Assembly (NCBI GenBank): GCA_045106895.1 | Contig: JBGCFM010000039.1 | Span: 206,817 to 270,816, forward strand | Direction: 5' to 3' | Origin: Polyangiales bacterium | GTDB taxonomy: Bacteria; Myxococcota_A; Polyangia; Polyangiales; Houyiibacteriaceae | Length of the DNA stretch: 64,000 nt | Shown here: in pieces, positions 8,772-17,981 of the stretch | Layout of the letters: every line of letters begins with the position of its first letter | How positions within the stretch are numbered: the first letter of the stretch is position 1 | Notes under the pieces: generated by a model | Seen by the model: only the letters and a program-made list of their open reading frames with translations | Told to the model about the DNA's origin: nothing | The model's database searches: none | Made by a program: the position numbers and the translations under genes

Positions 8772-11129
8772 TCAGTCGACGGTGATGGACTTCGAGACGT
8801 TCTTCGGCACGTCAGGATGCACGCCATGCTCCTGTACACCGAGCGCATCTAAGTACGCGCGCTTCTTATTGCTCATCGCGAGCGCCAGGAGCTGCAGCGC
8901 CACCGTCGCCGTAAACACCGTTTGCGTTGTGTCGCCCGTGCGCGGAAGCGCGATGTAAACGTGGCGGTAGCCCTCGCGCCCCGCCGGGACGCCGGACGCC
9001 GCTGCGCGCAAACGCTCGTTCTCTTCGGCGACGACGACCACCGTAGCCCCACGAATCTTGTGCGTGTGAATCTGCGAGATGGTCAGGTCGACGTCTCGCT
9101 CCGCAGGCCCCGTAACGAAGACGAGGGGGTAGTCCGCGTAGAGCGCGTCCATATGGGTGCCCAGTGCCGCACGCACGGCGTCGCCGCCTGCGCCTCCTTC
9201 GACGTCCTTGGCCACGCGCTCGAGGAGCGCCTGCACGCCGTCGGGTCCGAAGATGGTGTTGAACCCAAGGATCGTGTTTCGACCGTGCTTGAACTCGGAG
9301 CCCTCGAAGCCCTCCGTGTGGTTGAGAACAACCTCGCGAATCTTCAGCGCGCCTTCTTTGGCCACCGCCGAGAGACGCGTCGCGAGGAGGTGCATACTCG
9401 GCGCCAGGTACAGCACTTCGGCGGCCTCGTTCACGGCGTCTTGCGTGCTCGCAAGCGCACCCGTGAGGAGCGCAGGCAGGTCCGCATGAGGCCCGACATC
9501 GCGCTTGCGTTGAACGCCGAGGCGATGTGCAAGCCCGTAGAGAAGCGCGAGCTGGTTGATGAAGCTCTTCGTCGCGGGCACAGCGATTTCAGGTCCGCAT
9601 CGAAGCGGCACGACGACGTCCGCGCGCTCCTGCGCCAACGTGGAGTTGAGGTTATTCACAAAAGCGATGCACGGAAGCGCGTGCGTTTCGCGCGACTGGT
9701 CGAGGACGTCGATGAGATCCTTCGTCTCGCCACTCTGGCTGATAGCCACGAATACGTCGGACTCACGGAGCATGCCTGTGTACTGACCACGGAACTCGCC
9801 GGGCAAGAGCGGCAGCACTTCGAGTCCTGCGAGCTCGGAGAAGAAGAGCGAGCCGGCGCGTGCGGCATGGTAGCTCGTTCCACAGCAAACCAGGAAGATG
9901 CGCCCGCCGGAGTTCGACGCGCGATCGAAGAGTTCGCACACCCGGTCGAGGGCGTCGTTGAGGGCGTGAGACTCTTCGTACTCAAGGGCCGCGTCGATGC
10001 CGCGGAGAGTATTCACGTGCTCAGGCATCAGCGCTGAAAGCTCGGCGAAGAGCGCCGCTTCGGAGCTATGAAGGGCCCCGTCCGCGGCGGCCCCGATCTG
10101 AGCGAGGACGGGAAGCGCCACGCTCGTTGTCGCCACGTCGTCCATGAGCGCCATCGAGCTCGTGCTCTGGTCTACGCGACCGAGGAGCGTGCGAATCGCG
10201 TCCCCGTCCACCGCGGCGGAAGCGTACGCCTTCGCCGCCTCGGAGCCGCCGGACAACATGCGCAGGACGTCGGCACAGGTCCCGGGTTGCGCGGCGATCT
10301 CTTGCGCCATGAACGTGTCGAAGTTCTCCGCGAGGGCCGTATCCTGCGAACGGAGTTTGCTCCGGGCAGGAACACGCTCACAGACGCGCCCCTCGGGGCT
10401 GCCATCGATCGCGCGCACCTCGAAATGGTCCGCTCCGTAGATCACGAACTCGCCCGAGGAGAGCGGTACGAGCTGGTGGGTAAACTGCAGCACAGACGAG
10501 AGGTCGGAGGACGCGAGGGCGAACTTCCCTCCCTCATCCTCGCCGACACCAAAGTACAAGCTCGAGCCACGCTTGATGGTGCACATCGTCTTCGTCACCG
10601 GGTCGACGACGACGGCGGCAAAGCTCCCGCGAAGCTTGGCCGAGGCCTTCACCACTGCGCTTCGGAGAGCAGGCAATCGCTCGGCCCCGCCTTCGAGGGC
10701 TTCGGCGAAATAGTGCTCCACCGTGTGGACGACCATCTCTCCGTCGTTGTCGCTGACAACCTGATGACCTTCGCGGGTGAGCCACGCCTTCACCTCATCG
10801 GTGTTGTTGACGTTTCCGTTGTGGGCTCCGTAGAGAAACGTCTTGCAGCGGACCACGTGTGGCTGCGCGTTCGCCTCGTCGACGGCGCCAAAGGTCGCCC
10901 ATCGAACCTGACCGCAGAACACGCGACCACTCAGCTCCACGATGCCGAGGGAATGGATCAGGGTGCTAGGCGCGCCGACGCCTTTGCGGAGCGTGACCTC
11001 GTCTCCCTCTTGGATCGCCGCGCCGGTCGAGTCGTAGCCTCGGTATTGGAGGCTCTCGAGGAGACGGCCGGCGACGGGGCCGATCTCGGCTCGTTCAACT
11101 TCGTGGATATATCCGATGACTCCGCACAT
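8772..11129 (-). CDS. glmS: Glutamine--fructose-6-phosphate aminotransferase, long divergent form (785 aa)
   Basis: N-terminal MCGVIG (Ntn nucleophile), YRGYDS, RWAT, HNG, SQSGETKD, EIAVPATKSF, EGALKIRE, FKHG and C-terminal PKNVSKSITVD. Confidence 0.9.
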   Translation of the reverse strand: MCGVIGYIHEVERAEIGPVAGRLLESLQYRGYDSTGAAIQEGDEVTLRKGVGAPSTLIHSLGIVELSGRVFCGQVRWATFGAVDEANAQPHVVRCKTFLYGAHNGNVNNTDEVKAWLTREGHQVVSDNDGEMVVHTVEHYFAEALEGGAERLPALRSAVVKASAKLRGSFAAVVVDPVTKTMCTIKRGSSLYFGVGEDEGGKFALASSDLSSVLQFTHQLVPLSSGEFVIYGADHFEVRAIDGSPEGRVCERVPARSKLRSQDTALAENFDTFMAQEIAAQPGTCADVLRMLSGGSEAAKAYASAAVDGDAIRTLLGRVDQSTSSMALMDDVATTSVALPVLAQIGAAADGALHSSEAALFAELSALMPEHVNTLRGIDAALEYEESHALNDALDRVCELFDRASNSGGRIFLVCCGTSYHAARAGSLFFSELAGLEVLPLLPGEFRGQYTGMLRESDVFVAISQSGETKDLIDVLDQSRETHALPCIAFVNNLNSTLAQERADVVVPLRCGPEIAVPATKSFINQLALLYGLAHRLGVQRKRDVGPHADLPALLTGALASTQDAVNEAAEVLYLAPSMHLLATRLSAVAKEGALKIREVVLNHTEGFEGSEFKHGRNTILGFNTIFGPDGVQALLERVAKDVEGGAGGDAVRAALGTHMDALYADYPLVFVTGPAERDVDLTISQIHTHKIRGATVVVVAEENERLRAAASGVPAGREGYRHVYIALPRTGDTTQTVFTATVALQLLALAMSNKKRAYLDALGVQEHGVHPDVPKNVSKSITVD

Positions 11130-11285
11130 CCCCCCGGCCTACCACTGGCCCAAGCTGGGCGCCCGTCTCCGGTGTGCGCTTCCTTCGATATTCGTGCTAC
11201 TTCCTCGGAAAACGCGGCCCGGCAAAAGAGGGGGCACTCACGAGAGTTTTTGCTAGAGTCGCGGCTTAGTAACTCAGGAGACATC

Positions 11286-11693
11286 ATGGTTCGCATCTTT
11301 ACAGTGCTTTTTGCCCTTCTTGCCCTCTCCGCCTGTGGCGGCCCTTCGGAATACGTCGTTGTCGGAACTGCCCGCGCCGCCGGTGCTGACGGCCTCATCA
11401 CGGTGGAGAAGACCGAGAGCAACAACCTCCTCAGCATCGAAGTTGAGAATCTGGCACCTCCCGGCCGAATCAGCGAAGGCACCACCGTTTACGTGGTGTG
11501 GTTCAAGCCCCCAACCGGTCCACTCACGGCCCAGGGAACTCTTGAGTACGATCCAGACGATCGCGTCGGTCGCTTCAGCGCTACGTCGATTCACGCGGAA
11601 CTTCAGGTCATCGTCTCCGCCGAGATCGATGCCACGGCCAACTCGCCAAGCGAGGTCGTCATCCTTCGACAGGACGTCGTCGCCCCGAACTAA
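11286..11693 (+). CDS. Lipoprotein, resembles the anti-sigma-K (RskA) C-terminal domain
   Basis: CAGGAG RBS then ATG 11286. Lipobox LSA-C. VYVVWF...GTL...VIVSAE...PS pattern. Confidence 0.7.
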   Translation: MVRIFTVLFALLALSACGGPSEYVVVGTARAAGADGLITVEKTESNNLLSIEVENLAPPGRISEGTTVYVVWFKPPTGPLTAQGTLEYDPDDRVGRFSATSIHAELQVIVSAEIDATANSPSEVVILRQDVVAPN

Positions 11694-11739
11694 GTTTCAG
11701 TCCGCGCGGATTTTCACAGCGCGGATTCTCGCCAAAAAG

Positions 11740-11773
11740 AACGTCGCACACCTTCAGGTGTGTGGCGTTTTTT
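11740..11773 (+). terminator. Rho-independent terminator
   Basis: 13-bp stem AACGTCGCACACC-TTCA-GGTGTGTGGCGTT (two G-U pairs) followed by a T tract, about 45 bp after the lipoprotein stop. Confidence 0.75.
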
Positions 11774-11825
11774 CGTTCTTGGTGTTTAGCGCTCGGGCGG
11801 ACCGAGTCTTGCTTACTAAGAGCCC

Positions 11826-12977
11826 ATGACTGTCCGGCCACTCACTCAAAGTGTGAATCACACGTTCCGAACGCCACAGGTTGGCGAGCGCTTTGAAGGG
11901 CGATGGTTGGTTCACACGCAACTCCCCGCCCGCGGTCGTTTTTGCCGTTTTGCCGCGAGGGACGAAGCTCTAGAGGTCGAAGTCGAACTGGAGCTCCTGC
12001 TAAATCCAAGCGGTGATGAGCGCTCCATCGCGGCGCGATTCCTCACCCAATGCCGTGACAACAGTGAGCGTCGACCTGTGAGCATTCTAACGGTGATCGT
12101 GTACGGGCGTGACGAACGGACTGGGTCAGTGTGGGCCGTACGCCACACCCCCGGCCCGTCCATGTCGGATGCCTTCGACGTTCACTCTCTTCTCAACGAA
12201 GGCAGCACCACTCTTCTTTTGGCGGGCGTCCACCACGCTTCAGGCCGAGAGGTCGCGATCAAAATCTTGCGCCGCTCGTTTCTCGGGCAGAAGACCGCCG
12301 TTGAGCGTTTTCGCCGGGAAGCCCGCCTCGCCCATGACCTACGAAGCCCGAATATCCCTGCCAGCATCGCTCAAGGCGTCAGCGACGACGGGCGCCTCTA
12401 TTTCGCCATCGAACGTTTTCCGGGCCTGTCGTTGGCCGAGACACTTGAGCAGGGTCCTGTCTCATTCCAGGTGGCGGGCCTCATCGCCCAAGGGATCGGC
12501 GCAGCTCTTCGCGTCGCCCACGCCCAAGGCATCGTCCACCGCGACGTGACCCCCGCGAACGTCCTCCTCGCAGGTACGGCCAAAAACGTCGAGGACATCA
12601 AGCTCCTCGATTTTGGCATCGCGAGCGTACCGAAGACGCGGGAGCCAAAACTGAGTCAGATCGGCCGCTTTGTCGGCACCCCAGCACACTGTGCGCCCGA
12701 GCAGTTCTACGGCTTTGGCATCGACGCCAAAGCCGACGTCTACGGGCTCGCCTCCACCCTCTATCACGCACTGACGGGCAGTGTTCCGTACACCGCGCCG
12801 GTCCAGGATCTCATCAAGGCGAAAGCCAGCGGTCCACCGCCCGCGCCTTCCAGCGTCCGACCCGGCATCCCCGAAACCGTCGATCGCTGGCTTCTCGCGC
12901 CCCTCCAAGTGGACCCAGCAGAGCGTCCCACGCTTGAGCACTGGCTTGCGTGCATACCGCGAACACATCTTCGATAA
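11826..12977 (+). CDS. Hanks-type Ser/Thr protein kinase with an extra degenerate N-lobe
   Basis: VAIKIL, ERFRREAR, HRDVTPANVLL, KLLDFGIA, GTPAHCAPEQ, ADVYGL. Confidence 0.85.
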   Translation: MTVRPLTQSVNHTFRTPQVGERFEGRWLVHTQLPARGRFCRFAARDEALEVEVELELLLNPSGDERSIAARFLTQCRDNSERRPVSILTVIVYGRDERTGSVWAVRHTPGPSMSDAFDVHSLLNEGSTTLLLAGVHHASGREVAIKILRRSFLGQKTAVERFRREARLAHDLRSPNIPASIAQGVSDDGRLYFAIERFPGLSLAETLEQGPVSFQVAGLIAQGIGAALRVAHAQGIVHRDVTPANVLLAGTAKNVEDIKLLDFGIASVPKTREPKLSQIGRFVGTPAHCAPEQFYGFGIDAKADVYGLASTLYHALTGSVPYTAPVQDLIKAKASGPPPAPSSVRPGIPETVDRWLLAPLQVDPAERPTLEHWLACIPRTHLR

Positions 12978-13008
12978 ACGCTCAGTCTTCGCTATGCTCA
13001 GCTCGTTC

Positions 13009-14460
13009 ATGGGCATCGGATACAACGGAAAGAAAGCGTGGATCTACGGCCCGAAGGGCCTCGTGTGCGACGACGGAACAGAGGTCCGTGCTGTCCTCGA
13101 TGCTGACGCATTGGGCTTCGACGCCGACAACTCACGCGCCGCGATCCTCTCGGTGCACACCGACGGTGGACACTTGGTCTCCGGAGAAGGCGAGCTTCTG
13201 GCCTTTGACACCAACGGCGCCATCCGCCCCGATGGGCGACGTGTATACGCACTCTCCCCGATGGGCGACGAGAAGTGGGCGCTGGCTACGCGTGAAGGCC
13301 GTGAAGTCGTGGTGCGCGTCGGTCGACGCGGCAGCGAGAGCTTGAGACTGCGAAGTCCACGTGGCCCGACCAAGGTGCCGGTCACGCTTCCCTGGAAAGG
13401 CGACGAGGCGACGTTCACACGTCGCAAGCGCCTTAGCGAAAACCCCGGTCGCTTGCGCCTCCGTTCGTCGCTTAGCTCCCTCGTCCTTGCCGACGCGGAT
13501 GCTGGACTCGTCGCTTTGTGGACCGAAGGCGACATGGACTGGCGCCTCGCACTTCGCTTTCCCACGAACACCGAGAGTGATCTCGACGCGCATCCCTACC
13601 GAGACGGCGTCATCGTCGCCCTGCGCTCCGACAGCGGCCACGGTGCGTTGCTCTTCTTTGACGCCGAAGGCGCGCTCCAAGAGAACGTCAGCGTGGAACG
13701 ACTCGGCGCGTGCGCCACGGACGACCGGGGCATGGTCTTCTCGGACGGGCCCTACCTTCGACGTTGGACGCCCGGCGAAGGCGCCATCAGCATCCTGGAG
13801 GCGGAATGTCTCCTCAACAAAGGCGGAGAGATCGTCGCTGCCCCCGACGGCCGCTTCCTCCTGCAGCAGAACGAACGCGCATACTGGCTGGAGCGGGACC
13901 CCGAAGAGCCTGCACGCTGGTACTCTCGGGCGATTCCAGAGCCGACGAACAAGGCGCAGCCGATGGTTGTGTCGAAGGCGAAGCTCGTACGCAAGAAGAA
14001 GAGCCCCCCACAGCTTGAGCTCGACGCCATGCTCGAAGCCCAGGCCTGGAACTTCTATGAGGGTGAAGCGGAACTCGTCTTCCATCTTGTGACGACGGGC
14101 GGGCCGGCGGAAGGGCTCGTCGTCGAAGTCGGAGGTGCGGGAGCCCGCCTCTTTGTCCCTGAGATGCTCTGCATCGACGGTGGTGCCGAAGCGAGCGTTG
14201 AGTTCAAGGGCAGACGCGCAGAGGTATCGTGCCCGCTCCCCGCAGGCGTTGAGATTCCCACCGTTCCAAAGCCCGTGGCCCGCCGAAAAGCCGACGCCAA
14301 GGCATGGCGATGGGCGCAACACCCGCCGGACTGCCGCGTGACCCTAAGGGTGCGTGGCAAAGCCGCCGTGGGCAGCGCGCTGCTCACGATCCGCATCGGC
14401 TTCGTCGGACACGAACGTGTCGGCTCACTTCTCCGTGGGCAGACGCTCGCAGTTTCCTAG
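13009..14460 (+). CDS. Hypothetical protein, probable beta-propeller plus C-terminal beta-sandwich
   Basis: Long ORF with host-like codon use. Start placed at ATG 13009 (12994 also possible) to avoid overlapping the kinase. Confidence 0.65.
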   Translation: MGIGYNGKKAWIYGPKGLVCDDGTEVRAVLDADALGFDADNSRAAILSVHTDGGHLVSGEGELLAFDTNGAIRPDGRRVYALSPMGDEKWALATREGREVVVRVGRRGSESLRLRSPRGPTKVPVTLPWKGDEATFTRRKRLSENPGRLRLRSSLSSLVLADADAGLVALWTEGDMDWRLALRFPTNTESDLDAHPYRDGVIVALRSDSGHGALLFFDAEGALQENVSVERLGACATDDRGMVFSDGPYLRRWTPGEGAISILEAECLLNKGGEIVAAPDGRFLLQQNERAYWLERDPEEPARWYSRAIPEPTNKAQPMVVSKAKLVRKKKSPPQLELDAMLEAQAWNFYEGEAELVFHLVTTGGPAEGLVVEVGGAGARLFVPEMLCIDGGAEASVEFKGRRAEVSCPLPAGVEIPTVPKPVARRKADAKAWRWAQHPPDCRVTLRVRGKAAVGSALLTIRIGFVGHERVGSLLRGQTLAVS

Positions 14461-14475
14461 CGACCCTAGGGCCCG

Positions 14476-14931
14476 CTACGCGTCTTCCAACGCGCGGGTA
14501 AGTACCTCGTCGAGATCCGAGACGATCTGAGGGGGTAGCACCTGCGCCAAGAGATGAGCGCCACCATCGATGCTTCGAAAGTCGAGGTCCGCGACGTGCG
14601 CGCGCAGAGCCTGTGCAGCGCGATGCAGAAGGTAGAGGTCGTCGAGGTGACCAACGAGCGCGCGACCCGCGCGCGCCGGAACAGCGTCGTCTTCAAGGAG
14701 CAGATAACGCAGCACGGAGTTGAAGAGGGTCCTCGCCGCGGGCGGCGCGTCGCCGTGGTAGAGCGCGCCATCGAGAGCCAAGAGCAGCCCTGGCATCGCC
14801 TCGAGCGCGTGTTGCAGATGAACCGCCGTGTCGACGTCGAGACCGCGGCTTGTGACGAACGCTTCAAGCTCGCCTCGGTGCTCGTCGAGGAGGGCGCGAA
14901 CGCCCCGGTCCAGTAGTTTGTGCAGCGCCAT
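14476..14931 (-). CDS. YkvA/DUF1232-like protein
   Basis: YLLLEDDAVP...VGHLDDLYLL resembles the DUF1232 motif Y..sP.D.IP...G.lDD. Confidence 0.65.
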   Translation of the reverse strand: MALHKLLDRGVRALLDEHRGELEAFVTSRGLDVDTAVHLQHALEAMPGLLLALDGALYHGDAPPAARTLFNSVLRYLLLEDDAVPARAGRALVGHLDDLYLLHRAAQALRAHVADLDFRSIDGGAHLLAQVLPPQIVSDLDEVLTRALEDA

Positions 14932-14933
14932 CG

Positions 14934-16001
14934 TCAGTCGCCGAAGATACGCTCAAGGGCCTGAAGTCCAAGCTCCATGGCCAGCTCCTCTGCGTCCTCG
15001 ATGTGCCGGGCGGCCCCTCCTCGACGCATGGCCAGAAGCAGAGGCTCAAGCCGCGCGCGTGCGCCCCCATCGCTCTTGGGCGCGGCGGAACTCGGCGCAG
15101 CCGCGCGATAAGACGGCGCACTCCGCGGCGCTTCCACGACCGGCTCCGGCGGAGGCGCGGGGAAGCCGCTCACGGTCCGTGGTTTTACGGGTGCGGGCTT
15201 TGGCTCCGGTGGCGCGACGGATTCAAACACCGACTCTTCCGGTTCTGCTTCCGGCGGCGGCGCGATGGGCGGCGGCGCGAGAGGCGGCGGAAAGCCGCTC
15301 GGAGAAAACTCGGGCCGGGGCCGAAGCATGTCTGCTTTCGTCGCCTCCACGGGGAGTGGCGCAGCGGACGGCACCTCGAACTTGGCGGGAATGGAAATCT
15401 GAGGTCGGGTCGGTGCGGGGACCGAGGGCGCGCGGAGTGTTGGGGTCTTCGGACGCGGAGGCGCGGACGGCGCTGCCCGCGAACGCATGGGAGGCGGTGG
15501 ACGCCACGAGGGCGTGCTCTGGGCCGCCGAGATCTTCGGCGGAGTTCCCGATGGAGCCATCGAAGGCGAAGGTGAAGGCACACGTGCCGGCGCGGCTTTG
15601 GGCGCGGCTTTGGGCGCGGGTGGCGCAGCCTGCTGCGACTTGCGCAAAGCCTCGAGGGCAGCGATGTCGACTTCGCCCGTGCGCTCGCCCGTCATGAACG
15701 ACTCCGCCGCGAGATGAACTCGCTCGAACATCACTTCATTCATCACATCGAACTGCAACGTTCCGAGACGAACGCGGTGACCGGCACCCGATGATGCGCA
15801 AGCCTCGCACCGTCCCATGCCTTCGAGGAATACATCGCCGGTGTTCAAGCGCAGCTCGAAGGCCGCCCACTCTCCGATCGGGACAGCGCTATTTGAAAGC
15901 ACCTCAATGGACTCCCCGCTCACGCGAGTGGCGAGAAGATCCGCCGCTGACGACTTGGAATCCGCTTCGATCGTCTCTTCAACCCGGTACCCCATGGCCA
16001 T
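14934..16001 (-). CDS. Protein with N-terminal PilZ-like (TIGR02266-like) domain and long Pro/Ala/Ser linker
   Basis: VPIGEWAAFELRLNTGDVFLEGMGRC...LQFDVMNEVMFERV, then about 190 aa of low-complexity sequence and a short helical C-terminus. Confidence 0.6.
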   Translation of the reverse strand: MAMGYRVEETIEADSKSSAADLLATRVSGESIEVLSNSAVPIGEWAAFELRLNTGDVFLEGMGRCEACASSGAGHRVRLGTLQFDVMNEVMFERVHLAAESFMTGERTGEVDIAALEALRKSQQAAPPAPKAAPKAAPARVPSPSPSMAPSGTPPKISAAQSTPSWRPPPPMRSRAAPSAPPRPKTPTLRAPSVPAPTRPQISIPAKFEVPSAAPLPVEATKADMLRPRPEFSPSGFPPPLAPPPIAPPPEAEPEESVFESVAPPEPKPAPVKPRTVSGFPAPPPEPVVEAPRSAPSYRAAAPSSAAPKSDGGARARLEPLLLAMRRGGAARHIEDAEELAMELGLQALERIFGD

Positions 16002-16089
16002 AGACTATCCGAAGTAGCCAAGATTGGGGATTCCTTCGACTCTTGAAGCGGTCGCCGATTTTCGGGCAACCTGATAGGGTCGGCTCGCT

Positions 16090-17085
16090 ATGAGCGACTA
16101 CGGATACCCATCGGCTCCGGCCGGCAATCCAATGGGTCAAATGCCCATGAATCAGCCGCCACCGGTGTACCCAAAGCTGGACGTCGGGGACGTCCTGCAG
16201 ACCACCGCCGGGCTCGTAGGCAAGAACTTTGTCTCTTTCTCCGCCGTCGCGGTCCTCTTCGCGGTGCCCGGGCTCATTCTCAACGGGATCATCGCGAAGA
16301 TTGTGATGGGTTCCATGGTTGCGATGCAGCAGGCCGCCATGAGCGGCGACTTCCGCGCGATGCTCGACGCGTTCCCGATGAACAGCGTGATCTTCAGCAT
16401 GGTGGGGGGCTTCCTCAACGCAGTCCTGGTCTACATGGGCATGGGAACCCTCATGTACGCGGCCGTCGAATCCCTGGCTGGGCGACAGCGCTCCGTCGGC
16501 GAGGTGCTCTCCCGCGGCATGAGCTCGGGCCCGAGCGTCGCCATCGTCGCCGTGGTGCTGATGGTCGCTCAGACCGTGTCCGTCCTTCCCGGCGGTATCG
16601 CCATGACTCTAGCCACCATCGGCGCCGCAGCTGGCGGCTTCGAAGCGATGCTCTGCTGTCTCTTGCCCACGGGCCTGCTGATGGTGTTGATCCCATTCGT
16701 CTACGTGGTCATCGTGCTTTTCTTAGCCATTCCCAGCGCGGTCCTCGAAGGCATCGGACCCATCGCGGCGCTGAGCCGCAGCGTTCAGCTCACGAAGGGA
16801 CACCGCGGCACCATCTTCTTGATCATCTTTCTGATGGGCCTAGTGATGATTTTCCTCGCCTTCGTGCTCGGGCTGCTCGGCGGCGGCTCAAACCAGATCG
16901 ACCCGACAACGATGCAGTTTCAAGAGCCGACGATGTTTAGCTACATCATGAACCTCTTCACTCAGTTCATCATGACGATGTTCCGAATCGTCGTCACCGG
17001 CGCGCTCGCGTCGGTCATCTACGCTCGCATCCGCGGACTCAAAGACGGCGTCGACGCGAACGCCATCGCGCAGGTCTTCAGCTAG
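16090..17085 (+). CDS. Multi-pass membrane protein, first gene of the MoxR operon
   Basis: About 6 TM segments and the IPSAVLEGIGPIAALSRSVQLTKG motif seen in GDPD-membrane-domain-like proteins. Confidence 0.75.
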   Translation: MSDYGYPSAPAGNPMGQMPMNQPPPVYPKLDVGDVLQTTAGLVGKNFVSFSAVAVLFAVPGLILNGIIAKIVMGSMVAMQQAAMSGDFRAMLDAFPMNSVIFSMVGGFLNAVLVYMGMGTLMYAAVESLAGRQRSVGEVLSRGMSSGPSVAIVAVVLMVAQTVSVLPGGIAMTLATIGAAAGGFEAMLCCLLPTGLLMVLIPFVYVVIVLFLAIPSAVLEGIGPIAALSRSVQLTKGHRGTIFLIIFLMGLVMIFLAFVLGLLGGGSNQIDPTTMQFQEPTMFSYIMNLFTQFIMTMFRIVVTGALASVIYARIRGLKDGVDANAIAQVFS

Positions 17086-17090
17086 GCGCG

Positions 17091-17981
17091 ATGTTCCTTC
17101 GCCCGATGTTCGCCCGCTCCTGGCGCGCGCTTCTCTTTGCAGGCGCTCTGTTCGCGGCTGTGGTGGTGGTCCTTTCCTCATCAACGGGCCGGGCACAGAG
17201 TCATCGCTCTCCCTCAGAGGCCGCCGCCGAAGTTCGGGAGCGCGGCGGCTACGGTGAGGACGTCCAGCATGTACGCCCCGGCGGCGGCGGCCCCGTTCCT
17301 TTTCCCTCCGGGGGCGGAAGCGGCGAGACGGACGAAAACCGGCGCAACGGCGAGCGAGGCGACTCGGACATTCAGCGCTACGAGCGCGGACAAGATTTCC
17401 AGAACGTCGATGTCCCCGATGAATCCGGCGGCCTCGACCTTTCGCTTCCCAGCGCGTTTGGCCAGGGCCTCGGTTACCTGATGATGGTCATCGCTGGTCT
17501 CGGGCTCTTGGCCCTCATCGTTGTCCTCGTGATGACGTTCTGGCCCAAAGGTGCGCGCCTCGACCCCGCGCCCCCCAACGCCAAACCTGTGTCCCACGCC
17601 GCCGTCATCGAAGCGCTGCCTTGGAACCCGGGCGACCCAAATGAACTCGCCCGATCCGGGCGCTACGCCGAAGCCATCGTGGCTCTCCTTGTTCAAGCGC
17701 TCAAAGCGTCGGGGTGGCGCGAACAAGAACGAGCACGAACCGCACGGGAAGTCCTTCTCGCCCTCGCCACTCACGACTCCCGGCGAGACCCCTTGTCCCA
17801 CGTCGTGGGGCGCGCGGAGCACGTGCGTTTTGCCGGCGTCGAAGCCACGCGCGAGCTCTACGAAGAAGTTCGCGTGCTCGTCGACGAGGTGCTGCGCGCG
17901 CCCGTCAACGGGGCACGGGCCGAAGGCACGCAGGCCCAGAGCGCTCAGCTCGAAGCTCCCACACACATGGACGCGTCATGA
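17091..17981 (+). CDS. DUF4129-like protein
   Basis: Signal peptide, TM, then ELARSGRYAEAI...RTARE...EHVRFAG. Expected position in the operon. Confidence 0.7.
   Translation: MFLRPMFARSWRALLFAGALFAAVVVVLSSSTGRAQSHRSPSEAAAEVRERGGYGEDVQHVRPGGGGPVPFPSGGGSGETDENRRNGERGDSDIQRYERGQDFQNVDVPDESGGLDLSLPSAFGQGLGYLMMVIAGLGLLALIVVLVMTFWPKGARLDPAPPNAKPVSHAAVIEALPWNPGDPNELARSGRYAEAIVALLVQALKASGWREQERARTAREVLLALATHDSRRDPLSHVVGRAEHVRFAGVEATRELYEEVRVLVDEVLRAPVNGARAEGTQAQSAQLEAPTHMDAS

Noticed and set aside
10068..11285. 541-aa plus-strand ORF starting at 10068
   Set aside because: The first ~400 codons are antisense to glmS. The real gene starts at ATG 11286, with an RBS and lipobox.
11130..11285. glmS ribozyme upstream of glmS
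   Set aside because: No recognisable conserved core, and the short region is shared with a divergent gene.
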